From assembly GCA_030704615.1 (NCBI GenBank), contig CM060731.1, positions 78,306,001-78,370,000 of the forward strand: DNA of 64,000 bases, read 5' to 3'. Of the stretch, positions 1 through 11,988 are shown in pieces. This DNA comes from Takakia lepidozioides. Lineage: Eukaryota > Plantae > Bryophyta. Numbering within the stretch: position 1 is the first letter of the stretch; each line of letters opens with the position of its first letter. The translations under genes and the position numbers were made by a program. The notes under the pieces are model-generated. The model had not been told where the DNA came from. It ran no database searches and was given only the letters and a program-made list of their open reading frames with translations.

Positions 1-815
1 GTCCACCAGGGCACTATTCAGAATGACATAAGATACAATTCCAGCTTTTGACAATGTCACTGTGGACCTCTTCCCCCTTTTCCAGGTCTGCCCCACACTC
101 CCTTTGCATCCTCTATGCACCCGCATTTGGCATACATGTCCACCGAGGCACTGTTCAGATGACATAAGGTACAATTCCAGCTTTTGACAATGTCACCATG
201 GACCTCTTCCCCCTTTTCCAGGTCTGCCCCCCACTCCCTTGGCATCCTCTACGCACTCGCATTTGACAAACCTATCCACCAGGGCACTCTTCAGAATGAC
301 ATAAGGTACAATTCCAGCTTTTGATAATGTCACCATGGACCTCAGCTTCCCCCTTTTCCAAGTCTGCCCCACACTCCCTTTGCATCCTCTACGCACCCGC
401 ATTTGGCAGACCTGTCCACCTGGGCAATATTCAGATGACATAAGGTACAATTCCAGCTTTTGACAATGTCACCATGGCTCTTCCCCCTTTTCCAGGTCTG
501 CCCAACACTCCTTTTGCATCCTCTACGCACCCGCATTTGGCAGACCTGTCCACCAGGGAACTGCTCAGATGACATAAGGTACAATTCCAGCTTTTGACAA
601 TGTCACCGTGGACCTTTTCCCCCTTTTCCAGGTTTGCCCCGCACTCCCTTTGCATCCTCTATGCACCCGCATTTGGCAGACCTGTCCACCAGGGGGCACT
701 ATTCATAATGACATAAGGTACATTAATTTCAGCTTTTGACAATGTCACCATGCACCTCTTCCCCCTTTTCCAGGTCTGCCCAACAGTATTCCATTTGCAT
801 GGACTCTATGCACCA
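1..815 (-). repeat. Tandem array of about 6 x 134-140 bp units derived from PPR coding sequence
   Basis: Unit starts (g/a)tccacc at 1, 138, 274, 414, 548 and 684. On the minus strand each unit encodes LEKGEEVHGDIVK/AGIVPYVILxxALVDxYAKCGCxEDAKGV, with frameshifts. Confidence 0.9.
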
Positions 816-939
816 ACTTTTTGAATCTTGAGCCAAAGCTCAGCCCCTAATCACCCTCACTGCACTAGACTTAATTCAAACTCAAGGGGGGGAACCCGAC
901 CTTTGCTCCATCACTATGCTCCATGACACAGCCCCTTAG

Positions 940-1720
940 CTGCCCATCACTCCCTTTGCATCTTACACATACCCACATTTGACATACATGTCCGTCAGGG
1001 CAGCTTTCATAATGACATCTGATACAATCACTATAGCTTTGACGATGCCACCGTGGACCTCGTCTCCAATCTCCAGGGCTGCCAAGCTTGTACATGTGCT
1101 CAGAGGCCTCCCTCCGCTGCCCTTGTAGCGCTTATAGCATGCCACCATCACGCTCTATGACACCACATTCCGTTCAGCCATACTGCCCAACACCCCCTTT
1201 AATGCATCCTTCATGCACCCGCATTTGGCATACATGTCCACCACAGTACTGGTCAGATTGACATCTGATACAATCCCAGCTTTGATGATGCCACCATGGA
1301 TCTCTTTCATTTTCCAGGGCTGCCAGGATCGCACACGCATTGCAAACACAAACGAAAGTGACTGGCCTGGGCTAGAAGAATACCAAATCATGGTACTAAC
1401 AGGAGGCAAGAGCCCGCATTTCCAGGATGGACAAACTTCTTCCCATCGTACCTTAAGAAAATGCCACACCTTGCAACTACAGTTGTCCCACCATCGTGAA
1501 GGATCTTTCAAAAACTTTTGCCTAGTCCGTGCTGCAAATTCAGGGGCGCCAAGTTTGATGAGAGGGAAAAACAAGCTGAAATAGCTCAAAGAAGAAGGTG
1601 CCCTCACCACATTGTCCTTGACCTTGTGTCGTGACCCATGGAGGATTTGACCTCCCATCAACCCCAAAAGGATCTCTTCTGTGTGCTGTTGATGGCTGTA
1701 GTCAGGTAGTGTCAGATTGG
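940..1720 (-). pseudogene. PLS-class PPR fragments plus a divergent PDF-like motif
   Basis: EIHGGIIKAGIVSDVNLTSTVVDMYAKCGCMKDA...MAERNVVS; ALTDMYVKCG; FLKDPSRWWDN near 1490. Frameshifted. Confidence 0.75.
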
Positions 1721-1844
1721 TCTTTGAGAACCACCACGGTGCAGCTGAGCAGGCAGAGATTGAAACACAGCCTGCTAAGACCAAGCTGACCCTCCCAAGA
1801 ACCTTGTAAACATTAGGAAGAATACCATGCCCTTCGGTCGACCA

Positions 1845-2129
1845 CCCACCCACGAACACGGGAGAGGAGGGGAGAGGAAAGGAAAGGAGAGGAGGGAAAA
1901 GAGAGAGCAAAAAAATTGATACCGCGATTTGATCCCGCCCTGCATCGCAGCCTACACGATGTCATTACCACTAGATTACCCCTTAAAATTCAACAACCCC
2001 ATCCTGTAGCATTATATTTAACGTGTTTTAAACCCCCCTATTTATGTATAATCTTGTACATGGGGGGTTTAAAATACCCCCTCATGTGCACGCACGTGGC
2101 TGGTACATATTGGCTGGAGTGCATCCCCC
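1845..2129. repeat. Unclassified dispersed repeat, probably a DNA-transposon terminus; second copy inverted at 53512-53880
   Basis: Alignable by eye with 53512-53880 in reverse orientation. Internal inverted repeat ttttaaacccccc/ggggggtttaaaa at 2026-2074. Ends in ggagtgcatccccc. Confidence 0.65.
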
Positions 2130-5108
2130 ATGCGCCCAACCCAGTGGGAGGGCGAATAAACCTGCTATCAGCAAAGGAGTGGGCCGTGGAGGAGCCACAC
2201 GAGCCCTTGTTTTTGCTTTACGTAAGACAAGTGAAGGGAGAAGGCGATAGGGAGCCGAGCCCAGATTGGATCAAGGGGATTTTGGAGAAATACCAGGATG
2301 TGATGCCAGAGGATTTACCAAGCGGCTTGCCACCGCGAAGAGGAGTTGACCACAAGATTGAGGTGATACTGGGATCGGAGCCGCCTGCCAAGGCGCCCTA
2401 CCGGTTGAGCCACAGAGAGTTGGTCGAGCTGAAGGCTCAGCTCAAGGATCTAATGTCAAAGGGTTACATCCGGCCGAATAAGTCACCCTACGGAGCCCCG
2501 GTGCTATTCGCAGACAAGAAGGATGGGACGCTGCAGATATGTGTCAATTATAGGGCTTTGAATAAGGTGACTATCAAGAACCGGTACCCTTTGCCAAGGA
2601 TTGATGACCTCTTCGATCGGTTGGCAGGAGCAAAGTATTTCAGCCGGATCGATTTGTGCTCAGGCTGCCATCAAATCCGAGTGGCGGAAGGAGATGAGAA
2701 GAAGACCGCGTGCATGACAAGATATGGTTCGTACGAGTTCTTGGTGATGTCTTTTGGGCTCACCAACGTACCCGCGACCTTTAGCACGCTAATGAACAGC
2801 ATTTTCCAGGAGTGGTTGGATGACTTTATGATCATGTACATTGACGACATCTTGGTGTACTTGAAAACAAAAGAGGAGCGGAGCACCTGGAGCACCTCAA
2901 AAGGGTGTTTCAGAAATTGCGGGAAGAGAAGTTGTATGCCAAAGCCTCAAAGTGCGAATTCGGGGTCACAAAAGTGGAGCTCCTATGGCATGTGATTACA
3001 CAGGATGGGATCAAAATGGATGACAGAAAGGTGAAGGCGATCTTGGACTGGGAGCCTCCGACTTTAGTCCCGGGAGTGCGATCCTTCCTAGGACTTGCCT
3101 CCTATTACCGAAAGTATGTGAGATATTTCGCCAAGATCGTGGGACCGCTGTCAGACCTTCTGTGTAAGTCCAAAGTATGGGTATGGAACACTTTTGTGGC
3201 CAAGCTTTTGCCGAGTTGAAGAAGCGGATGGCGGAAGCTCCAGTCTTGAAAATTCCGGAGTTCGACCGTCCATTTGAAATTCATACAGATGCGTCGGACT
3301 TCGCAATTGGAGGTGTACTCATGCAGGATGGACGTCCAATGGCTTACGAAAGTAAGAAATTAAATGAAGTGGAGCGATGGTGGCCAACGCACGAGAAAAA
3401 AATGAAGGCGGTGGTGCATTGCCTTGAGCTTTGACGCCACTATGTTGGTTCCAACACGGCGAAGGTGTTCACGGACGATGTCACGGTGAAGTATTTTGCC
3501 ACACAGCCTAAGTTGTCCCCAAAACAACTTAGGTGGCAAGATACTTTGGTGGTGTTCGACGTGGATATCCAGTATAAACCGGGACGGGACAATGTGGTGG
3601 CCGATGTTTTAAGTAGAAAGCAACAGCTCATATTGGTGTACAGAGGCGAGACGTCGCTCCAAAGGAAGATCGGAAGGCTTACCGGAAGGACGAGATGGCG
3701 AAGTCCGTGATGCAGGACTTAAGGATGGGGGTTAAATCGCAATTCCACTTGCAAAATGGACTGCTCCGGTACAAGCAAAAGCGCCTCTACGTGCCGATTG
3801 GAGGGATCAAAGATAGTCTCTTAAGATAATGCCATGATGGCCCGCTTGCGGGCCATGGCGGAGCCAAGCGCACCGCGGCACTCCTGAAGAAAGAGTATTT
3901 CTGGCCCAAACTAAGGGAGGAGGCCGAGGAGTATGTCAAGACATGCACCACATGCCAACAAAACCGGAGCGAGTACAAAAAGCAAGCGGGGCTGTTACAA
4001 CCCTTGCCGATTCCAGAAGGGGTCTTGGGAAAGTGTCTCAATGGATTTCATGACTGCTATGCCGATGTCAAAAGGATTCGATGCAATCATGGTAGTGGTG
4101 GATAGGTTTGGTAAAATGGGCCATTTCATCCCCACCAAGGAGACGGCAACGGCGCAGGAGACGGGGCGACTTTACTTCGCCCACATCTTCAAGCATCATG
4201 GACTCCCGAAGGATATTGTCTCGGACCGCGATCCAAAGTTTACAAGTAAGTTTTGGAGGGCACTTTGGAAGAAAATGGGGACGAGGCTGAAGATGAGCAC
4301 CGTCTTCCGACCTACGACGGACGGCCAAATGGAAAGGGTGAATTCCGTGGTGAAGCAGATCTTGCGGAATTACGTGTCGGCAGACCAATCGGACTGGGTG
4401 GAGCACTTGGATGTGGCAGAGTTCTATTATAATAACACAAAACACTCCGCAACGGGAGTTTCCCCTTTCATATTGGTCTATGGAAAAGCGCCTCTGGTGC
4501 CGACAAGTTGGGCCGCCCAAGACGTTGAGGAACCGACAGCAGCAGCGGTGCTGAAAGAACGCGAGCGTTTGTTGAAGCTCGCAAAGTACAACATTGCCAA
4601 AGCTAGGAAACGGTATGAACGGCAGGCGAATCGGAAGCGGAGGGAAGTTAAGTTTGAGGCAGACACGGAGGTTTGGTTGAACATCAAGAATTTTTGACTA
4701 CCTCTGGAAGTGAATCCGAAGTTCGTACCTCCGTATGCAGGACCCTTTCGCATCCGGAAGGTTATGAATGAGGATGTGTATGAATTGGAGCTGCCGGCAA
4801 ATAGCAAGGTGCATCCGGTATTCCACGTCTCTTTTTTGAAGCCTTACTTCAAAGATGAAGCACGTCCGAATCGGCATCAAGTGTTGCGTCCGCCACCTGT
4901 GCTGTTGGATCATGAAAATGAACCTGAGTACGAGGTGGAAGCAGTGCTTAAGTCGAGGAGGTTCAAGAATCGAGAAACGGAGTATCTCATGAAATAGAAG
5001 GGCTAACATCATGTGGAGGCATCTTGGGTGCGTGCCTCAGAAATGGGAAACGCATCCGAGGCGGTTGTAGTTTTCGAAGGGCGACCTCAAAAGCGGAAGA
5101 AGCGTTGA
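2130..5108 (+). mobile_element. Ty3/gypsy chromovirus pol (RT, RNase H, integrase, chromodomain), 5'-truncated and disrupted
   Basis: RT motifs SPYGAPVLF and YIDDILVY; RNase H HTDASDFAIG; integrase SMDF, VSDRDPKF, TDGQMER; GPF motif; chromodomain EYEVEAVL...YLxKW with stops. Confidence 0.95.
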
Positions 5109-5141
5109 TGGGGACATCAACCTTGGAGCGTGGGGAGGAAA

Positions 5142-6635
5142 TGCATGCTTAGCCCGGCTTAGTTAGCTGTGTTGTACAAATTTTGTTATAAATGAAATGG
5201 TTTCCAAATGTTGTGCCTCTTATTTTGTTTGGAATGGTGATGCATGGTATGGTTGGCTAGTGTGTAGAATGCATGCTAGCTTACAAAAGTGGGAGAGGTA
5301 AATTGGATTAATCGTGTGTTTGCGTAGTGCCGAAATCGGGTGACTCACATCCAAGGGGCAAGGAAAAATTGCGTCTTCTTTGGGAGTTCACGTGCTAGTG
5401 CGCACCTAGCGCGTGCGCGTACTATAACTGCACTACCGAGGGGGTTGTCTTGTAGTGCGGGCTAACGCGGAAGCTACGTGCTTTCGTTCACGTACTATAA
5501 TCGTGTAGCCTCGGGACGAAGTCGTAGTGCGGCTTCGGCGTGTTCCCGTACCTCAGGCCAGCATTCCAAGGCGGACCCAATTGCAGTGATTGGGGCGCAC
5601 GACTGGTTCGAGGTTATCTTCCTAGTCAAAAAGGGTTCAAGGTAAACCCTTGCTCAAGGTGATGCTAAAAGCGGCATCATGAGCGGTCGCAAGCAATGTT
5701 GTTGCAATAAGGCGATTTGATCCTCGGGGAGGATCGTTCCTTGGCCTTGAAGTAGGCCAAGAAGAGTGCACTTGGTGGAGCTTGAGAGGCTCCACCCTTG
5801 GCCGGGACTTGGAAGTCGGCCGAACTAGCTAGTGGAGAGTAGAGTCAAGTGGGGATTTGGTTCTTTGCCATGGGATGCCATGGTACGGAAACAAACTCCT
5901 TAATGTGGGACGCCACAACTTGGATGTTCGTTTCTACAAAATGGATAAGTCGATGAGGACATCGACGACTCCCTGTTAGTAGGGGTGTGTGTCGCGGCCC
6001 TTTGCCTTGAGGGCAGGGGGGGCAGGACACAAGAGGGGTTGCCCCTGTGGTGGGGGCAGTGGCAACAATAGATGCGGGGGCTGAAGCACCCTTGATTGCC
6101 CAAGGCATTCAAGGAGGCGGAGGCACTCACTAGGTGGAGCCCCGCACACCGGGTTGCGGTGGAGGTGGCTCCATGAGGGGTGGTGGTAGCTTAGTGGGTC
6201 TTAGTGGGGGTGGCATAGGACTCACCATGGGGCGGAGACCTTGTGGTGGGAGTCGTGGGGAGTCTTGGGACTCATCACGGGCCAATGGGGCCGTGGTGGG
6301 TGGGCCAAGACTCATCGCGACTCATCACCGGGAGTCGAGAGTCTTCGTGGTGGTTCACCATAATATGGCAAGGTTGTTTGTGAAACCCCCGCGGACAGTC
6401 ACAGAAGTATATATAGGGAGTAGTAACCCCGAGAACGGTGCAAGCCCATTGGTGACCAAAAACTAGTGAGTAAGCAAGCGAGCCGGAAAGCGACCAAGGA
6501 GTGGGGAGCTATTCCGGACTGCCATCTACCAAAGGGAATTTCCACTAGGCCCAAATTGGTGGAGGGTCTTTTGGAAGAGTAAAGAGGGACCGTTATATCC
6601 CGGTGAGCAGCCGAAGCTCCGAGTTGGCCCGGTGG
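5142..6635 (+). mobile_element. Probable 3' LTR of the chromovirus, truncated at the junction with the copia remnant
   Basis: Follows the polypurine tract gagcgtggggaggaaa and starts TGCATGC. The same start follows the second copy at 63975. TATA-like tatatata near 6408. The right boundary is uncertain. Confidence 0.6.
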
Positions 6636-8430
6636 TCAGGCTTCAAGATGTTGCAGCCAAATTATTGACTGACGACATTCGTAGAAGGAAGAATGGTGAC
6701 TTATCTGCAACAGATGGAGTCACGGCATTCTGGGCTGGTAGGAAGCCAAACCAGAAGAGGCAGATAACTGGATCTCCAAGAGGATCAAATAGTTATCATG
6801 TCAACCAAGGTCAGAGGAGTGGTATTAACATACCCATTCTCAGTCAACCCTCAATCTATACACCAGATGGAAAGAGGAGGAATGGACCTTGCCATTATTG
6901 TCATAAGATGGGCCACATTAAAAAAGAGTGCCGAAAGCTACTAACAGACGAGAAGGCGTCCAAAGTTCAGTTTGGACAGGTCGCCCGAGAACATATGATA
7001 TTTATGTTATCTCGAGGGTTTGCCGTAAAGGAGATTTCCATTGATTAGCTCTTGGATTTCAGAGCTACTAATCATATGCTTCTCATAGACATTGGTTTTT
7101 GACTTATGCACATATCACACCGCGAGATAGTGTCTACCTCGGTGACAATTCCCACCACTCAATCCATGGCTAAGGAGATGTTGCCATCAGACTTTTGACT
7201 GGCGACGTGAAGCTTATACAAGACGTAAATCATGTCCTAGCATTGTGTCAGAATTTAATCTCGATGAGTCGCATAGTCGCTGTCGGTTACAAAATCACCT
7301 TCACTAAGGAGCAAGTCATCTTGGAGGGCTTTGGTGGACAAATGATCATCTTGAATGAGGTTTCCCACGATGGTCTATATAAAGTTGGCACATCAGGCCC
7401 TGAGATTACAAGCAGCATGCAAAAGTTACTTGAACCTCCATGTGCAGCCTTGACTGTGTCCAATAGAAGTTTGAACAACTTAGCCATTTGGCATCATAGA
7501 TATGGTCATGCAAACTTGGAGAAATTGCGACTCATGTAGAAGCTTCATGTAGTTGATGGACTCACCAACATACAATTGCACCCATTAAAATTATGTGAAG
7601 GCTGCCTCTTTGGCAAACAACAACAACACAAATTTCCAAAGGAGGGCAGCAAAACAACAGAACTTTTGGCCCTTGTCCATTTGGATGTATGTGGCCCGAT
7701 GCAAACCATATCTCGTGGAGGAGCCAGATACTTTCTTACTTTCATCGATGACTACAACAGATATTGTGTTCTTGTCCTTCTAAAAGCAAAATCTGAAGTC
7801 CTACACAACTTTAAGTCTTTCAAAGTTATGTTAGAAAATCAAACTAAACATCAACTTAAAGTCCTACGGAGTGACAATGGCTCCGAGTTTGTTTCTAAAG
7901 CTTTTCAATTATACTGTACTCAACATGGGATTAAACATCAGCTTACGTTCCTTATACACCTGAACAAAATGGGGTAGCTAAGCGTAGAAATAGAACTCTA
8001 GTGGAGTCAGCTAGGAGTATGTTGAAAGCGGCAGATATGCCCAATAGTATTTGGGGTGAGGCTATTACTATTGCTAACTATTTGCATAATAGACTGATTA
8101 CCAAGGCTGTAGCCGATAGGACTCCTGAAGAGATATGGACAGGCCGCAAACCCAATGTTACGCATTTATGCATTTTTGGTTGCATTGCCTATGTTCATAT
8201 TCCCAAGGAGAAAAGGAAGAAGTTAGATGCAAAAAGTCGTAAGTGTCTATTTGTAGGCTATCACACTGACAATAAGGGCTACAGACTACTTGATCTTCAA
8301 ACTCAAAAGATAGTTATCAGTCGTGATGTTGTTTTCCACGAAGACCTACCTTCTCTTACATCCGATGGGCCTCTTCAGTGGGAGTCAGCTTCTTCTCTTC
8401 CAGATCCTGAGCAGACTACTATAACCACTA
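6632..8430 (+). mobile_element. Ty1/copia gag-pol remnant (zinc knuckle, protease, GAG-pre-integrase, integrase)
   Basis: CHYCHKMGHIKKEC; WHHRYGH; CEGC; VHLDVCGPM; FIDDY; LRSDNGSEF; FGCIAYVHIPKEKRKKLD. No RT present. Confidence 0.92.
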
Positions 8431-9299
8431 GAAGCATTCGTGTCATTTACCACTGGGGTAACGACTCATTTTGAGTCGTAAAAGTCAAAAAACCGGGATC
8501 GATTGGAAGTTACAAACGACTAGTTACAACAGACGTGGAAGTTGGGTCGGACATCCAATGATTGGAGTGGTAAAGGACGTAGACGCGCGAACAACTGCTC
8601 AGCGATTATTGTGATTAATGCTGAAGAACCACGTGGCGTAACCAGGCAGGCCGCCCGTGTGTCTGACCTTTTGGGCTGACTTTGACTTTTCCCTCCGGAT
8701 GAGTGGACTGACTCACCGGAGCGCGGTGACACATGGACGCGAACATGGACGCGGACTTGGACGACGATGTGGATGCCGACATGGCGGCGCCACGACGAGC
8801 AGCACTGCTGTCACGTGGCCACGGGCCCAGGGCGCCACGTGGTAGTCGACCACATAACTTGCAGTGCTACATGCCCAGTGGTGGCAACTGCGACTGTGGA
8901 AGTTGGCGCAACCACTGCTTTACTACTTTAAATGAAGTGCTCGAAATTACTTGAACAATCACTCATAGTGCTTTGAAATTTTGGTGTTTGTAATGAGCCG
9001 ACTAGTACATACGCATGTAATGTCATACAAGAGACTAATCATGTCATTAGAAATGCGAAAACAATAAAAGACATGCCATGAAACAAAACGAAATGAAAAT
9101 GAAATGAAATGAAACAAATGGTACTTTATTACATCTGCGGAAAGCTCAAAAAACTTATGATACAAAATGAAAAAACCAAAGTAAAAAAGGCAGCCCAAAG
9201 CTACTACTGCTCTGGGGATTGCCTAAGGGTCAAGGCCTCGTGCAGGTAAGCTGCCAAGCAATTGTGATCCTCATAATACAAGACTCAGTGACAGATTGA

Positions 9300-9567
9300 G
9301 TCCCACGGAATAGACCATCTACCCATGCAGGTTTCTTGTAGCTATTGATCCACAGGAAATCATAGGTAATTTTGTGCTTGAAATCTGGCCCTTTTGGATG
9401 AATCTGGACCCACACTCTCTTTGCTCCTTCAGCTACACACACCTCTACACAAATCATGCATTCATTCTTGTCTTGCTGCTAGTAGCTGACAATGACAGCC
9501 TAGATTTATTCTAGGAAACATCCAGCTCAGCTTTTGACACTAGTTCCTATGCTGAATGCGTCTGCTA
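9300..9567 (-). pseudogene. PDF-motif exon of the PDF-PPR family (second half of the motif) plus part of its intron
   Basis: Acceptor cag| at 9403 followed by IHPKGPDFKHKITYDFLWINSYKKPAWVDG. Confidence 0.75.
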
Positions 9568-11988
9568 GGAGGGCAGTAAAGGCGTGAGCAGAACCCGTGA
9601 GCAGATTCCCTTATCCGTGAGCAGATTCCCCCAAGCGTGAGCAGATTATTGATGCGGACCCTAAAAGCAAGGGAACAAGTGGGCCTATTGTCGTGGACAC
9701 AAACTCCCTTGCAACGGCGCAATCTTCTCTCCATCGGACCGAAGACAGATAGACTCCATGACGACAATGTGGCACGAATGTGCGATGAAAAACTGTCGGA
9801 TGAATGTATCTATGATGAACGTAAAAGAGAATGGATGAACATTCGATGAACGTTGGATGAGTGTCGGATGAAAAATTGCCCAGATGAGTGAACCATGAAT
9901 GACTGCAACAACATGTGCGCAGGGATCCATGTGTTGTTGAGTTTAAATAAGTATATTTTAATTTGGCGAAAACTTAATTCCGGCCCAGAAGACCAGCCAG
10001 ATCAAGCTGGCGTCAACGCCACCTTCATCTGGCACATTCAGACGGGCAAAAACAAAAAATGATAATTTTTATTTTTTTTATTTTTTGTTTTTTGGAAAAC
10101 TTGCAAATGAACCCAACCCCTGCTTTGCAAGCAAAGACATGGCATTTACCCAACATGGATTTATGGTCACCTAGAAGAAGGACATGACAACGAATCATAA
10201 GCCAAGCAATTTGTATTTGTCATTCACCCCAAATACCACACCAGAAGACCAGCCAGATTAAAGTGTCATTGACGACACCTTAATCTGGCACATTCGGGGA
10301 AGAATAAAATAATAATAATAATTTATTATTATTTTATGAAAACTTGCAAATGAACCCAGCCCTTGCTTTGCAACAAAAGACCTGGCATTTACCCAGCATG
10401 GATTTTTGGTCACCTGGAAGAAGGACATGACAACGAATCATAAGCCGAGTAATTTGTAGATGTCATTCACTGTAAATAGCACACCAAAAGACCAGTTAGA
10501 TTAAGGTGTCGTTGACAAATCCTTAATCTGGCACATTCGGGAAAGAATAAAATAATATATATATTTGGAAAACTTGCAAAAGAACCCAACCCCTGCTTTG
10601 CAAGCAAAAGACCTAGCTTTTACCCAGCATGGATTTTTGGTCATATGGAAGAATGACATGACAACGAATCATAAGTTATATGGTCCGAGCAATTTGTAGA
10701 TGCCATTCACCCCAAATAACACACTCAAATAAAACAACATATCTATATATAATTTTTTTGGAAAACTTGCAAATGAACCCAATCCCTGCTTTGCAAGCAA
10801 AAGACCGTTTACCCAACATGGATTTCTGGTCACATAGAAGAAGGACATAACAATGAATCATAAGTTATGTGGTCCGAGCAATTTGTAGATGCCATTCACC
10901 CCAAATAACACACCAGAAGACCAGCCAAATACATTCGGGATAAAATAAAATAAAAATAAAAATTGGAAAAGTTGCAAATAAACCCAACCCCTGCTTTGCA
11001 AGCAAAAGACCTAGCGTTTACCCGGCATGGATTTCTGGTCACATGGAATAATGACATGACAATGAATCATAAGTTATGTGGTCCGAGCAATTTGTAGATG
11101 TCATTCACCCCAAATAACACACTAGAAGACTAGGTAGATTAAGGTAGATTAAGGTGTCATTGACGACACCTTAATCTGGCACATTCGGGGAAAAATAAAA
11201 TAAAAATAAAAATTGGAAAACTTGCAAATGAACCCAACCCGTGCTTTGCAAGCAAAAGACCTGGCGTTTACCCAGCATGGATTTTTGATCACATGGAAGA
11301 AAGACATGACAACAAATCATAAGTTATGTGGTCCGAACAATTTGTAGATGCCATTCACCCCAAATAACACACCAGAAGACGTTACAGATGTCATGTTATG
11401 CGGAGGCTGCAGCTTGCAAATTTAGTCTCATCTCTTCTCCCCCTCCTATGCTTTACGATAGAGAGGATTTTGTGCAGAGCAAGGCTAGTGTCTTCATAGA
11501 CAGTTCTTCCTTCGTTTTGGACTCCGACTCCAGTAGTAGTGGATATTCTTCGTCGGAATGAATCGGCTGTTTTCAAACGATTTATGTTAAAGCACCAAAT
11601 GGCCTCTCCACCTTCTCTGCAATTGGGTGTAAGCATCTCTCTCGACTTAGGATACTTGGTGAAAGGACAATCACAACCCTCTGCAGTTGGTAGAGGTTCA
11701 CTCTGGAGCTCGGGCGATTTGGCAACCACTACTCAAAAATGCTTAATTTTGCATTCAACCACAAACTACATTCATCCATGTGCCATTCGTCCAACATACA
11801 TTCATCGCCCATTCATCCATCATTCATCCGTCATTCATCCATAACGATGAATTGGTATGCATGTTATACTGGACACTACTAGCAGTAATAGGTGTCCGCG
11901 GTTGTAGGTGAGCACATCCAGAAGCGTGAGCAGAATTCTGCTCATGGAATTTTCTGCTCACGGATTCTGCTCACGGTTTAGCAATCCC
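9568..11988. mobile_element. Non-autonomous Mutator-like element with 9-bp TSD
   Basis: cgtctgcta is duplicated at 9559-9567 and 11989-11997. The paralogous intron near 14680 has it only once (empty site). Imperfect GG-starting TIRs carry repeated cgtgagcag. Confidence 0.85.
9985..11380. repeat. Tandem array of about 6 x 190-255 bp units inside the MULE
   Basis: Recurrent ccagaagacc...ggaaaacttgcaaatgaaccc...gcatggattt...aatcataag blocks. Confidence 0.9.

Noticed and set aside
5845-6466. Proline- and glycine-rich ORFs
   Set aside because: They lie in G-rich putative LTR sequence and contain no protein motifs.
8430-9200. CACTA element starting at cactag (about 8427), with gacgtgg/cacgtgg-rich interior
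   Set aside because: No matching TAGTG end or TSD was found. It is probably a subterminal fragment of some DNA transposon but cannot be classified.
9985-11380. CRISPR-like array of palindromic repeats
   Set aside because: The intervening sequence is itself repeated, so there are no unique spacers. The context is eukaryotic and no cas genes are present.
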